Of a DNA stretch of 24,297 nt, positions 8,571-16,563 are shown in pieces. Numbering within the stretch: the first letter of the stretch is position 1; each line of letters begins with the position of its first letter. The stretch is taken from the IMG/VR virus record IMGVR_UViG_3300030376_004069, positions 1 through 24,297 of that record. One strand, given 5' to 3'. Origin of the DNA: a virus (lineage: Duplodnaviria; Caudoviricetes). A program made the translations under genes and the position numbers. The notes beneath the pieces were generated by a model. It made no database searches. It was given only the letters and a program-made list of their open reading frames with translations, and was not told where the DNA came from.

Positions 8571-10114
8571 TATTGACCCCAAGCTCCTTCATTCCAAGCA
8601 CCATCGCTCCAAGCTAGATTAACTTCAACATTAGTGGCATTTCCAACACCACCAATTCCAGCAACACCTGTTACTGATTCCAAGTTCCTCTCAATTACAG
8701 AACCAACACCACCTAAACCAGCAACTCCAGACTCAGGTATAGAAATTTGTATTACTTCATCGTTCGATTCACCATGATTGCCTGTTGCACCAGTTCCTGC
8801 AACTCCTGTTTCATTTATAATAGCTTCGACAACTTCTGTACCAACTGCACCAGTTCCTGCCACACCTGCTTCAGCTATAGAAAGCTCAAGTGCTTCTGCA
8901 CCAACTGCTCCAGTGCCAGCCAAACCTGTTGCATTAAACTCTTGGTCAAGAGTTATTCCAGGAGATGTTGCTGGGGTAGTTCCTAGAGTATTAAGCTTGC
9001 CACCCATTCCTGAGTGGTTTGTGCAATAATAGTAAAGTGTCGGTGCACTTGCTGCAACTGTTATTTCGGTGTATGCTCCTGCGCTTCCTGGAGTGCCATT
9101 AGTTGTAACCCCAGTTGTATACTCTGAACCACCACTGTGAGAACCACCAGAAGTTGTTGAGAATCTCATAGGATGGTTACTATTAGAAGAATCAGACTGG
9201 TCGAATCTATATGTTTTTCCTTCTGTCATACTTATTGTCGGAGCAGGACCACCAGTGTCGATATAATATTTATTTCCACTTCCTGGATTCGCAACAGTCA
9301 TGCTAAAAGAAATTGTTCCAGAGGCTGGTGTGAAAGCACGTCCACCCAGCTCATCATTCTCTTCAGAATAATAATTTAATTCTGGTGCACTTGAATCAAC
9401 AGTTATTTCTGTGTAAGCATTAGGAAATCCAGGAGTTCCATTGGTTGTTATTCCTGTGGTATATTCAAAACCGCCACTGTGAGTGCCTCCAGAAGTTGTG
9501 CTAAATCTGAATGCATTGCCTAAGTTAGAAGAGTCTGATTGATCGAATCTATATGTTTGGCCTTTTTGCAAATAAAGTTGCTGCTGAAGAACAGAGTCAA
9601 TATAAAATCTGTCTCCTGATCCAGGAGCAACAGTTACAGAATAACCTACATAAGAAACTGAAGTCTGAACTGATACACCACCAATTCCAGGAACACCTGT
9701 TGCAGTGACAACAGTTAATATCTCAGGAGTTGTGTTGCCAACTGCACCTGCCCCAGCAGAACCTGTTGCATTTACAGTCCTATTTTGTACAAGGTCTGTG
9801 CTATCTATTAAACCAGATCTTCCATGTCCAGGACAGCCGACTGGTGGTCTGTCTTGTATCGGTGTAAATGGATCGAAAGCATAGCCGATATATACAATAA
9901 CATCTTCTTGACTTTGTCCAGTCGATCTTGGTTGGAAAAGTTGCTGAGCATCTATAACATTTTTCGCAGGAGTTAGCTGTGGGTGCTTTGGTTCCCACTC
10001 ATCAGGTGCAACACGCAAACCATCCCAAGTGGTCTTTAGCTGAGTATATCTTACTCTTTGGCCACCTCGGTCGCTTATCGCATATGATTTTTTGCCTTTT
10101 GCATATTTCGCCAT
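8570..10114 (-). CDS. Virion protein: conserved N-terminal domain, two cupredoxin-like repeats and Gly-rich repeats
   Basis: 514 aa. N-terminal AISDRGG...WEPKHPQL; two TYRFDQSDSSN...RFSTTSGG.HSGG.EYTTG units; about 20-aa GxAGxGxVG repeats; C-terminal WSDGAWNEGAWG. Confidence 0.75.
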   Translation of the reverse strand: MAKYAKGKKSYAISDRGGQRVRYTQLKTTWDGLRVAPDEWEPKHPQLTPAKNVIDAQQLFQPRSTGQSQEDVIVYIGYAFDPFTPIQDRPPVGCPGHGRSGLIDSTDLVQNRTVNATGSAGAGAVGNTTPEILTVVTATGVPGIGGVSVQTSVSYVGYSVTVAPGSGDRFYIDSVLQQQLYLQKGQTYRFDQSDSSNLGNAFRFSTTSGGTHSGGFEYTTGITTNGTPGFPNAYTEITVDSSAPELNYYSEENDELGGRAFTPASGTISFSMTVANPGSGNKYYIDTGGPAPTISMTEGKTYRFDQSDSSNSNHPMRFSTTSGGSHSGGSEYTTGVTTNGTPGSAGAYTEITVAASAPTLYYYCTNHSGMGGKLNTLGTTPATSPGITLDQEFNATGLAGTGAVGAEALELSIAEAGVAGTGAVGTEVVEAIINETGVAGTGATGNHGESNDEVIQISIPESGVAGLGGVGSVIERNLESVTGVAGIGGVGNATNVEVNLAWSDGAWNEGAWGQ

Positions 10115-10115
10115 G

Positions 10116-10781
10116 TTATACCAAATTCAATGCAGTTGGTTGAACTCTTAAACTTACACCATCATTGTCGGAAGATGCTGCAAAATTAAAAGCTCGTTCG
10201 TAAAGTTCGTTTAATAATTGAAATCTATCAGGTGCATATTTAATAGATAACTTGGCTGCGAGTCCAGCGGAAATACAGTCGCTCCAACGATAAGGAACAT
10301 CTGTATCTTGATTAGAAGCTGTTATATCATCGAGTTGATTTACTGCCCAATAATTTAGAGTATATGTTTTATCAGGAACATTCCAGAAATAAATAACAGG
10401 AGTGTATTGCTTATCAAGCATGTACTGGCTTGGTTTGCCTTCAGTTGTTTTATTCGGAATCTGGTTGTATTCGGATATTGTAACTCGATTGATTGTTTGG
10501 TCTGTTGAGCCTTCTCTTATTACAGCATCTATAATATCTATTGTTCCTGCTGGTAAAGTATAAGAGGTTGTTCCGTCAGCCAATGTTAAAGTGTTTTGAG
10601 TTACTGCCCAATAATTAATACCTCTGTTCGCAAATTCCGAGAACAATAAATTTAAACTTCGTCGAGCGGAAACTGCCTGATCTCCTGTTCGAGTTTGCGG
10701 ATCTATTCCGCAACGCTCATAGGCTTCAGTTATTACCTCTTCAACATCTGGTCTAAATGCTACTGTTCCGGAAAGTGCCAT
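10116..10781 (-). CDS. Head-tail adaptor / tail tubular protein A-like
   Basis: 221 aa with EEVITEAYERCG, SARRSLNLLFSEFANRGINYW and YNQIPNKTTEGKPSQY; downstream of the capsid genes. Confidence 0.7.
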   Translation of the reverse strand: MALSGTVAFRPDVEEVITEAYERCGIDPQTRTGDQAVSARRSLNLLFSEFANRGINYWAVTQNTLTLADGTTSYTLPAGTIDIIDAVIREGSTDQTINRVTISEYNQIPNKTTEGKPSQYMLDKQYTPVIYFWNVPDKTYTLNYWAVNQLDDITASNQDTDVPYRWSDCISAGLAAKLSIKYAPDRFQLLNELYERAFNFAASSDNDGVSLRVQPTALNLV

Positions 10782-11194
10782 TAATACTGTTTAATCCCTC
10801 TGATAACAACTTGATATGCATCACCTGCTGCACCAGCACCAGTCGTTGTAAATTTAATATCACCAGTTCCATTTGCACCATAACTTGAACTTGTTGGTAA
10901 ACCACCGAACTTAGAAAAGTCTTGGTATCCAGATTGACCCTCGTCAAGATGCAGGACTATTATGTCTGTGTCAGCATCTGCAAGAACCTCAACAGTCATT
11001 GCTTTAATAACCCACCAACACTCTGCAATTCTAATTCCTGTGCAGGCATTACCATTTGCATCCGCAGTTAATCCAGAAACATCTATTTTTAAAACTGCAC
11101 TTTCATCGCCTGTGTCGACATACTGATACTGAAAAGCAAAAACAACTTCACGAGAACTTTCTGAAATTTTTGTTGACGTCGTAAGATCTGCCAT
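10781..11194 (-). CDS. Hypothetical virion protein (beta-sandwich-like)
   Basis: 137 aa, SD AGGAG, TAATG-coupled to the next gene. Confidence 0.7.
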   Translation of the reverse strand: MADLTTSTKISESSREVVFAFQYQYVDTGDESAVLKIDVSGLTADANGNACTGIRIAECWWVIKAMTVEVLADADTDIIVLHLDEGQSGYQDFSKFGGLPTSSSYGANGTGDIKFTTTGAGAAGDAYQVVIRGIKQY

Positions 11195-11211
11195 TAATTT
11201 CTCCTAAATTA

Positions 11212-11233
11212 TAGGTGAGGTTTCCCCCACCTA
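11212..11233 (-). terminator. GAAA-tetraloop hairpin (weak terminator or stabiliser)
   Basis: TAGGTGGGG-GAAA-CCTCACCTA, a 9-bp stem with one G-U pair, followed by TAATTT rather than a clean U-tract. Confidence 0.55.
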
Positions 11234-11247
11234 ATTAAAATCCTCTA

Positions 11248-11703
11248 TTACTGATCAGCAAAAGCAGGTGCTGTTGTTGATGTAACATTACCAAAAATTT
11301 GATAATTCGTTGAATCTGTACCAATAATTGTAACATCAAATCCAGCAGGAACATTTAATTGGATGCTACTGTTTGAGTCACCATCAGAAAAAACCGAACT
11401 TACTTCGTTTCCATCGGTGTCTAAAAAGGTTACACCACCAACATAAAAATTAGTATTTCCTGGAGTTACGATTATCGCATCGGTTGCATCAGCTGCACCA
11501 CCTGCATATACAAACCTGTATGACACTCCAGCTTCTGGTGCAGGTAATGTATAAGTGTTGTCTTGTCCACCATCTGGAACTAGGTTTATTCTTCCACCAT
11601 GTGTTGCTTTTGTTATTGTAATATCACCATCAGCTAGAACTACTGGTGAGACTTGAAATCCAGCATTAGAAATGACTGGTCCTGTAAATGTTGTATTAGC
11701 CAT
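11248..11703 (-). CDS. Putative capsid decoration / head fibre protein
   Basis: 151 aa beginning MANTTFTGPV, directly after the major capsid gene; beta-rich (TYTLPAPEAGVSYRFV). Confidence 0.6.
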   Translation of the reverse strand: MANTTFTGPVISNAGFQVSPVVLADGDITITKATHGGRINLVPDGGQDNTYTLPAPEAGVSYRFVYAGGAADATDAIIVTPGNTNFYVGGVTFLDTDGNEVSSVFSDGDSNSSIQLNVPAGFDVTIIGTDSTNYQIFGNVTSTTAPAFADQ

Positions 11704-11747
11704 GTTGTATCTCCTTGTCGTGGCTAGAGTCAGCTTTCGCTGTCAAG
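11704..11747 (-). promoter_or_regulatory. Structured 5' leader overlapping the SD of the post-capsid gene
   Basis: CTTGA-CAGC-GAAA-GCTG-ACTCTAGCCACGA-CAAG-GAG. GNRA hairpin enclosed by a CTTG/CAAG pairing that overlaps AAGGAG. Confidence 0.45.
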
Positions 11748-11753
11748 TTGATA

Positions 11754-11779
11754 GTAAAGAGGGGAGACAAGCTCCCCTC
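11754..11779 (-). terminator. Rho-independent terminator after the major capsid gene (probably leaky)
   Basis: GAGGGGAG-CTTGT-CTCCCCTC, a perfect 8-bp stem followed by a short TTTAC. Confidence 0.75.
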
Positions 11780-11787
11780 CATAATTT

Positions 11788-12696
11788 TTATGCAGCACCT
11801 TCTGTGCCGAAAATTCCACGCCAGTCAGTGAAACCGAATGAATAACGCTCACGAACTTTGTAGCGAACATTACCAGTTTCGAAGTCACCTTCCATGCCTT
11901 TTTTCATAGGCGAACGCTGGAACATTTTCAAGCCATCAGGAACATCTGTCTGAACAAAGAACGCATCTGAGTCAGTCAAACGACGCATCACATGGTATCC
12001 TTGTGGCAGATAACCACCAGACTTGATAGCATTGATGTCGTTGTCAGCTGTACCAGTGCGAAGCTGTGATTCTAACAAACGCTCTGCGACAAAGGTATAA
12101 GCAGTTGGAATAATCAACTGTGTACCTTGAGCAGCAATTCGAAGACCACGATCATCTTTCATATCCGCAATCTGGATAAGGATAGACTCAAGTGAAGTCT
12201 CAGAAAGGTCTGCAGCAGTTGCCAACACATTAGACTGGTTTCCGTTGGTAGTTGGGTGAGATGCACTTAAAAGTACAACACCGTCGCCACCTGTAAAGCC
12301 AGCTGTTTGTGCATTGTTTAAAACATTCGCAGCTTTGATTTCTTTAGTAGAAGACATTGAGCGTGCGAGTGCTTTAGTATAGCGTGATGCAATCGAACCA
12401 TATTGACCATCCTCTTCAGCTTCCTCAGTAATTGAGAACGCCAAAGCAATAGTTTCATGCTGATAACGTGCAGTCCATTGCTGACTACCAGTATCGTATG
12501 AAACAGCAGCACCTTCGTTTTTAGTTGGTGCTGAGCCAAAACCTTGCAACAATACATCTTCTTCAAATGCTCGGTTAGAAGTATTCGAAGAGAAAACTGC
12601 TGCATATTCTGGTGGATAGCTGTCGTATTCAAGACCGAAAAGAGTATTCAGTCCTGGCTCGAGCATTTTAGCAAATTGTGCTCTATTCATAGCCAT
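11788..12696 (-). CDS. Major capsid protein (HK97 fold)
   Basis: 302 aa with MAMNRAQFAKMLEPGLNTLFGLEY, ARYQHETIALAFSITEEA and DFETGNVRYKVRERYSFG. Strong SD (GGAGGG) and a downstream terminator. Confidence 0.9.
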   Translation of the reverse strand: MAMNRAQFAKMLEPGLNTLFGLEYDSYPPEYAAVFSSNTSNRAFEEDVLLQGFGSAPTKNEGAAVSYDTGSQQWTARYQHETIALAFSITEEAEEDGQYGSIASRYTKALARSMSSTKEIKAANVLNNAQTAGFTGGDGVVLLSASHPTTNGNQSNVLATAADLSETSLESILIQIADMKDDRGLRIAAQGTQLIIPTAYTFVAERLLESQLRTGTADNDINAIKSGGYLPQGYHVMRRLTDSDAFFVQTDVPDGLKMFQRSPMKKGMEGDFETGNVRYKVRERYSFGFTDWRGIFGTEGAA

Positions 12697-12709
12697 TATT
12701 CATACCCTC

Positions 12710-13261
12710 CTATATGCCTGCACTGTCTTTTAGAATGTGCTCATTTATAAGCACTTCCATGACAGCGTTGGTTCCGAAAGCATTGTCTGGGGCATCGTAA
12801 AGAGCGATGATCTTACAAGTAGCAGCACCAGCTGCCATTGTTCCAGAGATTTCAAAACCTGATTGACCAGTCACAGTAGATCCTGCCCCAGCAACAACAT
12901 CGGCACAATTACCGATATTTGTCTGAGCAGGTGCTCCTGCGGACTGTACTTTAAACACAGTATATGGATCATCATATACATATGCGATGATGTCTGTAGC
13001 AACTGTGCCCGAAGGCCAGTATTCACTATAAACGTATGAACCATCTGATGCGGTATAAGATACTCCAGCAAAAACACCAATGTTATTGGTCTCTGTTGCA
13101 GTGTGCGGAGTAAGCAAACCAGTGTTAATCAGAATTACCAAGTCACCTGTAAAGATGTTCTCAGCAAGACCACTAGCAATAGTGTACTTGTTAGCACGAG
13201 GAATATTACCACTCATATGGCGAACTGGGACAAACCCAAAGGCTGCATCAACATTAGCCAT
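12710..13261 (-). CDS. Capsid cement/decoration-type protein
   Basis: 183 aa, MANVDAAFGFVPV...IFTGDLV...GVFAGVSY...VYDDPYTVFKVQ, directly upstream of the capsid gene; SD AAGGAG. Confidence 0.65.
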   Translation of the reverse strand: MANVDAAFGFVPVRHMSGNIPRANKYTIASGLAENIFTGDLVILINTGLLTPHTATETNNIGVFAGVSYTASDGSYVYSEYWPSGTVATDIIAYVYDDPYTVFKVQSAGAPAQTNIGNCADVVAGAGSTVTGQSGFEISGTMAAGAATCKIIALYDAPDNAFGTNAVMEVLINEHILKDSAGI

Positions 13262-13285
13262 TATTCGCTCCTTTCAGCGTAAAGT

Positions 13286-13768
13286 TTAATCTTCCATAAC
13301 AGAGAGATCCCTGCCACGGCTCATTGAAGACTTCCTATCTTGATAGATAGGTTGTCCTGTTTTTCGTCCTAATGCCTCGAGGTCTCCTGCAATTGACTCA
13401 TTAGCTTCAACGCTACGATTGTGGTAATAATCTTTCATTGCTCTATGCTTTTCTACTGGCATTTCGCAAAGTAACATTCCTTCAATTCCAATTGATCCTG
13501 CCCACTGACCATGATTGATAGTCGGAAACAACTTCTCTTTCACACTGTCAGCTTTGCGAGGTTCCCAGCCTTCACGCATACGTTTATACACGTTATCTGG
13601 GGTGTCTTTACCCTGAATCGAGGTAGCAATCCATCGTTGGGTGTATCCTGGACGAGGCTCTGGAGCATCCAACAATGATGGTGGTTTCCACGCAGTATCT
13701 GGGCGAGATTGCTCATCTCTGGTGGAAGTTCGAGTTTCGTTCGCACGCACGTTTCTTTTCTCAGTCAT
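13286..13768 (-). CDS. Conserved head-assembly region hypothetical protein
   Basis: 160 aa, WKPPSLLDAPEPRPGYTQRWI...REGWEP...GMLLCEMP; ATGA overlap with the scaffold gene. Confidence 0.75.
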   Translation of the reverse strand: MTEKRNVRANETRTSTRDEQSRPDTAWKPPSLLDAPEPRPGYTQRWIATSIQGKDTPDNVYKRMREGWEPRKADSVKEKLFPTINHGQWAGSIGIEGMLLCEMPVEKHRAMKDYYHNRSVEANESIAGDLEALGRKTGQPIYQDRKSSMSRGRDLSVMED

Positions 13769-14655
13769 GACTGGTTCCTTTGTTGTCTTTTGATTTCAGC
13801 CTCGTATTGTTTGAGACCTGCCTCTGTTGTAATTCCAAGTTCACGAGCCATCCTAAGTTGTTCCTGTGACATACGCACTCTATTGCCCTTATAAGATGAA
13901 CCGCCTGTAGTTGGCGCAACTGGTTGTCTACTTTTTGTTCTTGTCTTAGACGGACTTGATCCTGATTGTAACTCAGGAAACACTTTTTGTAAACGATTAT
14001 TAAGAACGTCATAATATTCTTCAGAATCTTTGTCATATCCCTCTATATCTAGCTGAACATCTATAGACCTTGCAGCAGCAGTTTCTCGCTCAAAACCAGC
14101 AGAATTGAACCAACGATTCTTTTCCCACCAATCCATTGCTTTTTTAGGTGCTGGATTCTGCGCAACCTGTTGAGCTCTGCCAACTGTTGGTGATGCAGCT
14201 CGCTGAGCACGTTGTTGCTTTTGCAAATCAGCAATTCGCATCGCAGCACGCATGTCTGCCATTTGCTCTTGGAAATTTACCTGAGCTTCAGTATCACCTT
14301 CTTCAACTGCTTTGGTCAATGCAGCCTTAGTTTGGGCATAGCGTTGATTAAAAGCTTGCTCATTGCTTTTAACCGAACCTTGCTCCAAACGAGAGAGCCT
14401 TGCCTCTAATTGTGCATTTTGCTCTTGTATACGACGAGTTTCTAATTCTGCTTCTCGCCTTTGGTCTACAAGTTTTTTAATTCGCTTTTGAACTTTTGGA
14501 CCATAATCGTCTTCTTGCTCAGCTGCTTTTTCCTCAGCAACATCCTTAGCCTCTTCAGCAGGATCCTCGGTTATTTCTATTTCGAAATCTTCAGGCTCGC
14601 CTTTTGCCTTTTTGATTTCTTCTTCAATTTCTTGAACTACATCTTCATTTGCCAT
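13765..14655 (-). CDS. Capsid scaffolding protein
   Basis: 296 aa with an acidic N-terminus, long coiled coil, W..KN.WF motif and a C-terminal helix-turn-helix (MSQEQLRMARELGIT). Lies upstream of the capsid gene. Confidence 0.75.
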   Translation of the reverse strand: MANEDVVQEIEEEIKKAKGEPEDFEIEITEDPAEEAKDVAEEKAAEQEDDYGPKVQKRIKKLVDQRREAELETRRIQEQNAQLEARLSRLEQGSVKSNEQAFNQRYAQTKAALTKAVEEGDTEAQVNFQEQMADMRAAMRIADLQKQQRAQRAASPTVGRAQQVAQNPAPKKAMDWWEKNRWFNSAGFERETAAARSIDVQLDIEGYDKDSEEYYDVLNNRLQKVFPELQSGSSPSKTRTKSRQPVAPTTGGSSYKGNRVRMSQEQLRMARELGITTEAGLKQYEAEIKRQQRNQS

Positions 14656-14672
14656 GGTAGCGTCCTTCCAAG

Positions 14673-15071
14673 TTATGTCGCTAAATATGCGGTGACTTCG
14701 ACATCTTCAGGAATAATCGACGTTAATTCGTCGTCATTTAACAAAAGAAATCTAACACCATTAATTGTTACTTTCTGGCCAGCATATTTGCCATAAGTAA
14801 CTCGATTGCCAGTTTGGGGTGTATTCATTTTCCAAGCTGCACCAGAGTCTCTGTCTCTGAAAGCAAGATCACCCATAGCTGCAATTCGACCATGAGCAGT
14901 TAAATACTCCTCATTGTCTTTAGAAACGCTTGGCAGATGTATTCCACCTTTTGTTTTCATTTGCACTTGATGGGGTTGAACTAAAACTTTCCAATTCAGG
15001 GGAACTGGTAGTTGGTCAGTTGTGACCGTTGAATCTGTTGATTCGTCTTTATATTCATGCTGATGAGACAT
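14673..15071 (-). CDS. groES: Phage-encoded GroES/Cpn10 co-chaperonin
   Basis: PLNWKVLV, mobile loop KTKGGIHLP, and GNRVTYGKYAGQKVTINGVRFLLLNDDEL. Start is ATG 15071 (SD GAGGA) or 15080. Confidence 0.9.
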   Translation of the reverse strand: MSHQHEYKDESTDSTVTTDQLPVPLNWKVLVQPHQVQMKTKGGIHLPSVSKDNEEYLTAHGRIAAMGDLAFRDRDSGAAWKMNTPQTGNRVTYGKYAGQKVTINGVRFLLLNDDELTSIIPEDVEVTAYLAT

Positions 15072-15072
15072 G

Positions 15073-15267
15073 TTAATCATCCTCTTCTAGTTTTTTTAAT
15101 GTTTCACCGATTATCTCAGAAGCTTGTTCTAAACCTTCCGCAATACCGACGTTCTTTTGATATGACTCAAAGTCGGAAACCCGACCTTGAATCAAGCTTT
15201 CAGCTATTTCTAGCCTTTTCTCCCTCAGATTCTTTTTTATCTGATTGAGTAGATCTGTTACCGTCAT
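15073..15267 (-). CDS. Conserved small helical protein upstream of GroES
   Basis: MTVTDLLNQIKKNLREKRLEIAESLIQGRVSDFESYQKNVGIAEGL...; perfect SD AGGAGGT before ATG 15267. Confidence 0.8.
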   Translation of the reverse strand: MTVTDLLNQIKKNLREKRLEIAESLIQGRVSDFESYQKNVGIAEGLEQASEIIGETLKKLEEDD

Positions 15268-15334
15268 TTTTGACACCTCCTGACATAGAAACGCCAGTTA
15301 CAAAAATGGTAACATCTTTCTTTTCATCTGACAT
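15200..15334 (-). CDS. Possible 44-aa microprotein overlapping the downstream gene by 68 nt
   Basis: MSDEKKDVTIFVTGVSMSGGVKNDGNRSTQSDKKESEGEKARNS; TAATG coupling and an AAGGA SD. Confidence 0.45.
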   Translation of the reverse strand: MSDEKKDVTIFVTGVSMSGGVKNDGNRSTQSDKKESEGEKARNS

Positions 15335-15477
15335 TAATATCCTTTCTTTTTCATTGTTTTTTTCTTTTTGGCCATAGGCTTTTTCTTGCCCTTCATAGCC
15401 ATTTTCTTCATAGGCTTCTTTTTACCATACATCGACTTGCCTCCTTTCATTAGTTTGCCGAAACTTGATCTATTCAC
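15334..15477 (-). CDS. Lys/Met-rich basic microprotein
   Basis: GTG 15477 (SD GGAGG) gives MNRSSFGKLMKGGKSMYGKKKPMKKMAMKGKKKPMAKKKKTMKKKGY. A second in-frame ATG at 15432 has SD AAGGAGG. Confidence 0.75.
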   Translation of the reverse strand: MNRSSFGKLMKGGKSMYGKKKPMKKMAMKGKKKPMAKKKKTMKKKGY

Positions 15478-16141
15478 CTTCGCCTCCTGGAATAAAAGGC
15501 AAAGCTCCGAACATTGACAAAAATTTAAATAGGTCTTTTGAGCTTCCTACTTTTTTGCCACCTTTGCCTTCTAACTGCATCGGACTTGTTTCTGTGTAAA
15601 CATCCGAAGGTTTTCCTGTTTTGCTCATCACCTGCTGACCTCTAAAATATGGTGCTACTTTAACGAGTGATTGTAAAGCTCCGACTTGTTCCATAGCTCT
15701 ATTTCTATGACGACCGTCATGTCCAACGAACTGAGCAACATTTTCTTGCGGAACCATATATTCTAGAAAAGGCACGTTGTCTTCAGGATTGTTAAGAGGA
15801 ATGCCAGACTCTATCTCAGCAGCATACTGGTCGACTGTTTTTTGCATTTGCTTTGCAATGTCTGGGTCTGCTGTATCTATCTGAGCAGCAATCTTTCTAA
15901 ATGTTTCTGGCTCTATTATTGCCAAGTCAGCTTGAGATTTGTTGGCTTGCTCTAAACTTTCTAAAATCGCAGTTGGTTCGTAAAGGCTAAACGCTTCCGG
16001 AAACTCTTTTTCTAGATTAACTAATTTTGTTCCCATTCGCTCGGCAAGTTCGTCAGCTGGCTTGTCTAGCTTACTCGCCAAAGAAGCCACCCATCTAAAG
16101 GCTGTGTCCCCTAGTTCAGCTAATATCCTGCCTTTGCCCAT
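15470..16141 (-). CDS. Protein with ParB/Sulfiredoxin-like motif
   Basis: 223 aa; VPFLEY...FVGHDGRHRNRAM resembles the ParB-N DGxHR signature. Confidence 0.55.
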   Translation of the reverse strand: MGKGRILAELGDTAFRWVASLASKLDKPADELAERMGTKLVNLEKEFPEAFSLYEPTAILESLEQANKSQADLAIIEPETFRKIAAQIDTADPDIAKQMQKTVDQYAAEIESGIPLNNPEDNVPFLEYMVPQENVAQFVGHDGRHRNRAMEQVGALQSLVKVAPYFRGQQVMSKTGKPSDVYTETSPMQLEGKGGKKVGSSKDLFKFLSMFGALPFIPGGEGE

Positions 16142-16563
16142 TAAAATTCCTCCACTGGCAAAACACCTAGATTGCCAGATAATTTAGAGGCAAGAGAACC
16201 GAAAAAACTTTTAGCTGGTTGCGTCAAAAGTTTTACTCCAGGAATCATCTCTAATGCGGAGAAACCTAAGTCTAAAGCAGCGTCGCCATATTCACCTTGC
16301 TGAAAGGATCTTGATCCTTCTTGTATAACGAGCGGTAAAGCAAGAGGTGTTAAATCTAAAAGACCGATATTGTCTATTAAATTATCAGCACGCATGTCTC
16401 CAACTAACATGTTCTTGCCTCTATCGTCAACTCCGATAAAATCCAATGCACCTCTAACTTTGTCTCTATATGTTGGACCACTTAAAAATCTTGCATCTGG
16501 TGGAACAGTTATAAATTCAGCTTTAGATGCAGCTTTTATTCCTTCTTCGTAAGGATCTGCCAC
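16141..16563 (-). CDS. Hypothetical protein (possible internal virion protein)
   Basis: 140 aa, GTG start in a TAGTG overlap with SD GGAGG; IGLLDLTPL...ALEMIPGVK. Confidence 0.7.
   Translation of the reverse strand: MADPYEEGIKAASKAEFITVPPDARFLSGPTYRDKVRGALDFIGVDDRGKNMLVGDMRADNLIDNIGLLDLTPLALPLVIQEGSRSFQQGEYGDAALDLGFSALEMIPGVKLLTQPAKSFFGSLASKLSGNLGVLPVEEF

Noticed and set aside
11718-11746. Perfect TTGACA (-35 box) on the minus strand after the capsid terminator
   Set aside because: There is no credible -10 hexamer at 16-18 nt spacing (CCACGA at 17). The sequence is better explained as part of an RNA stem.
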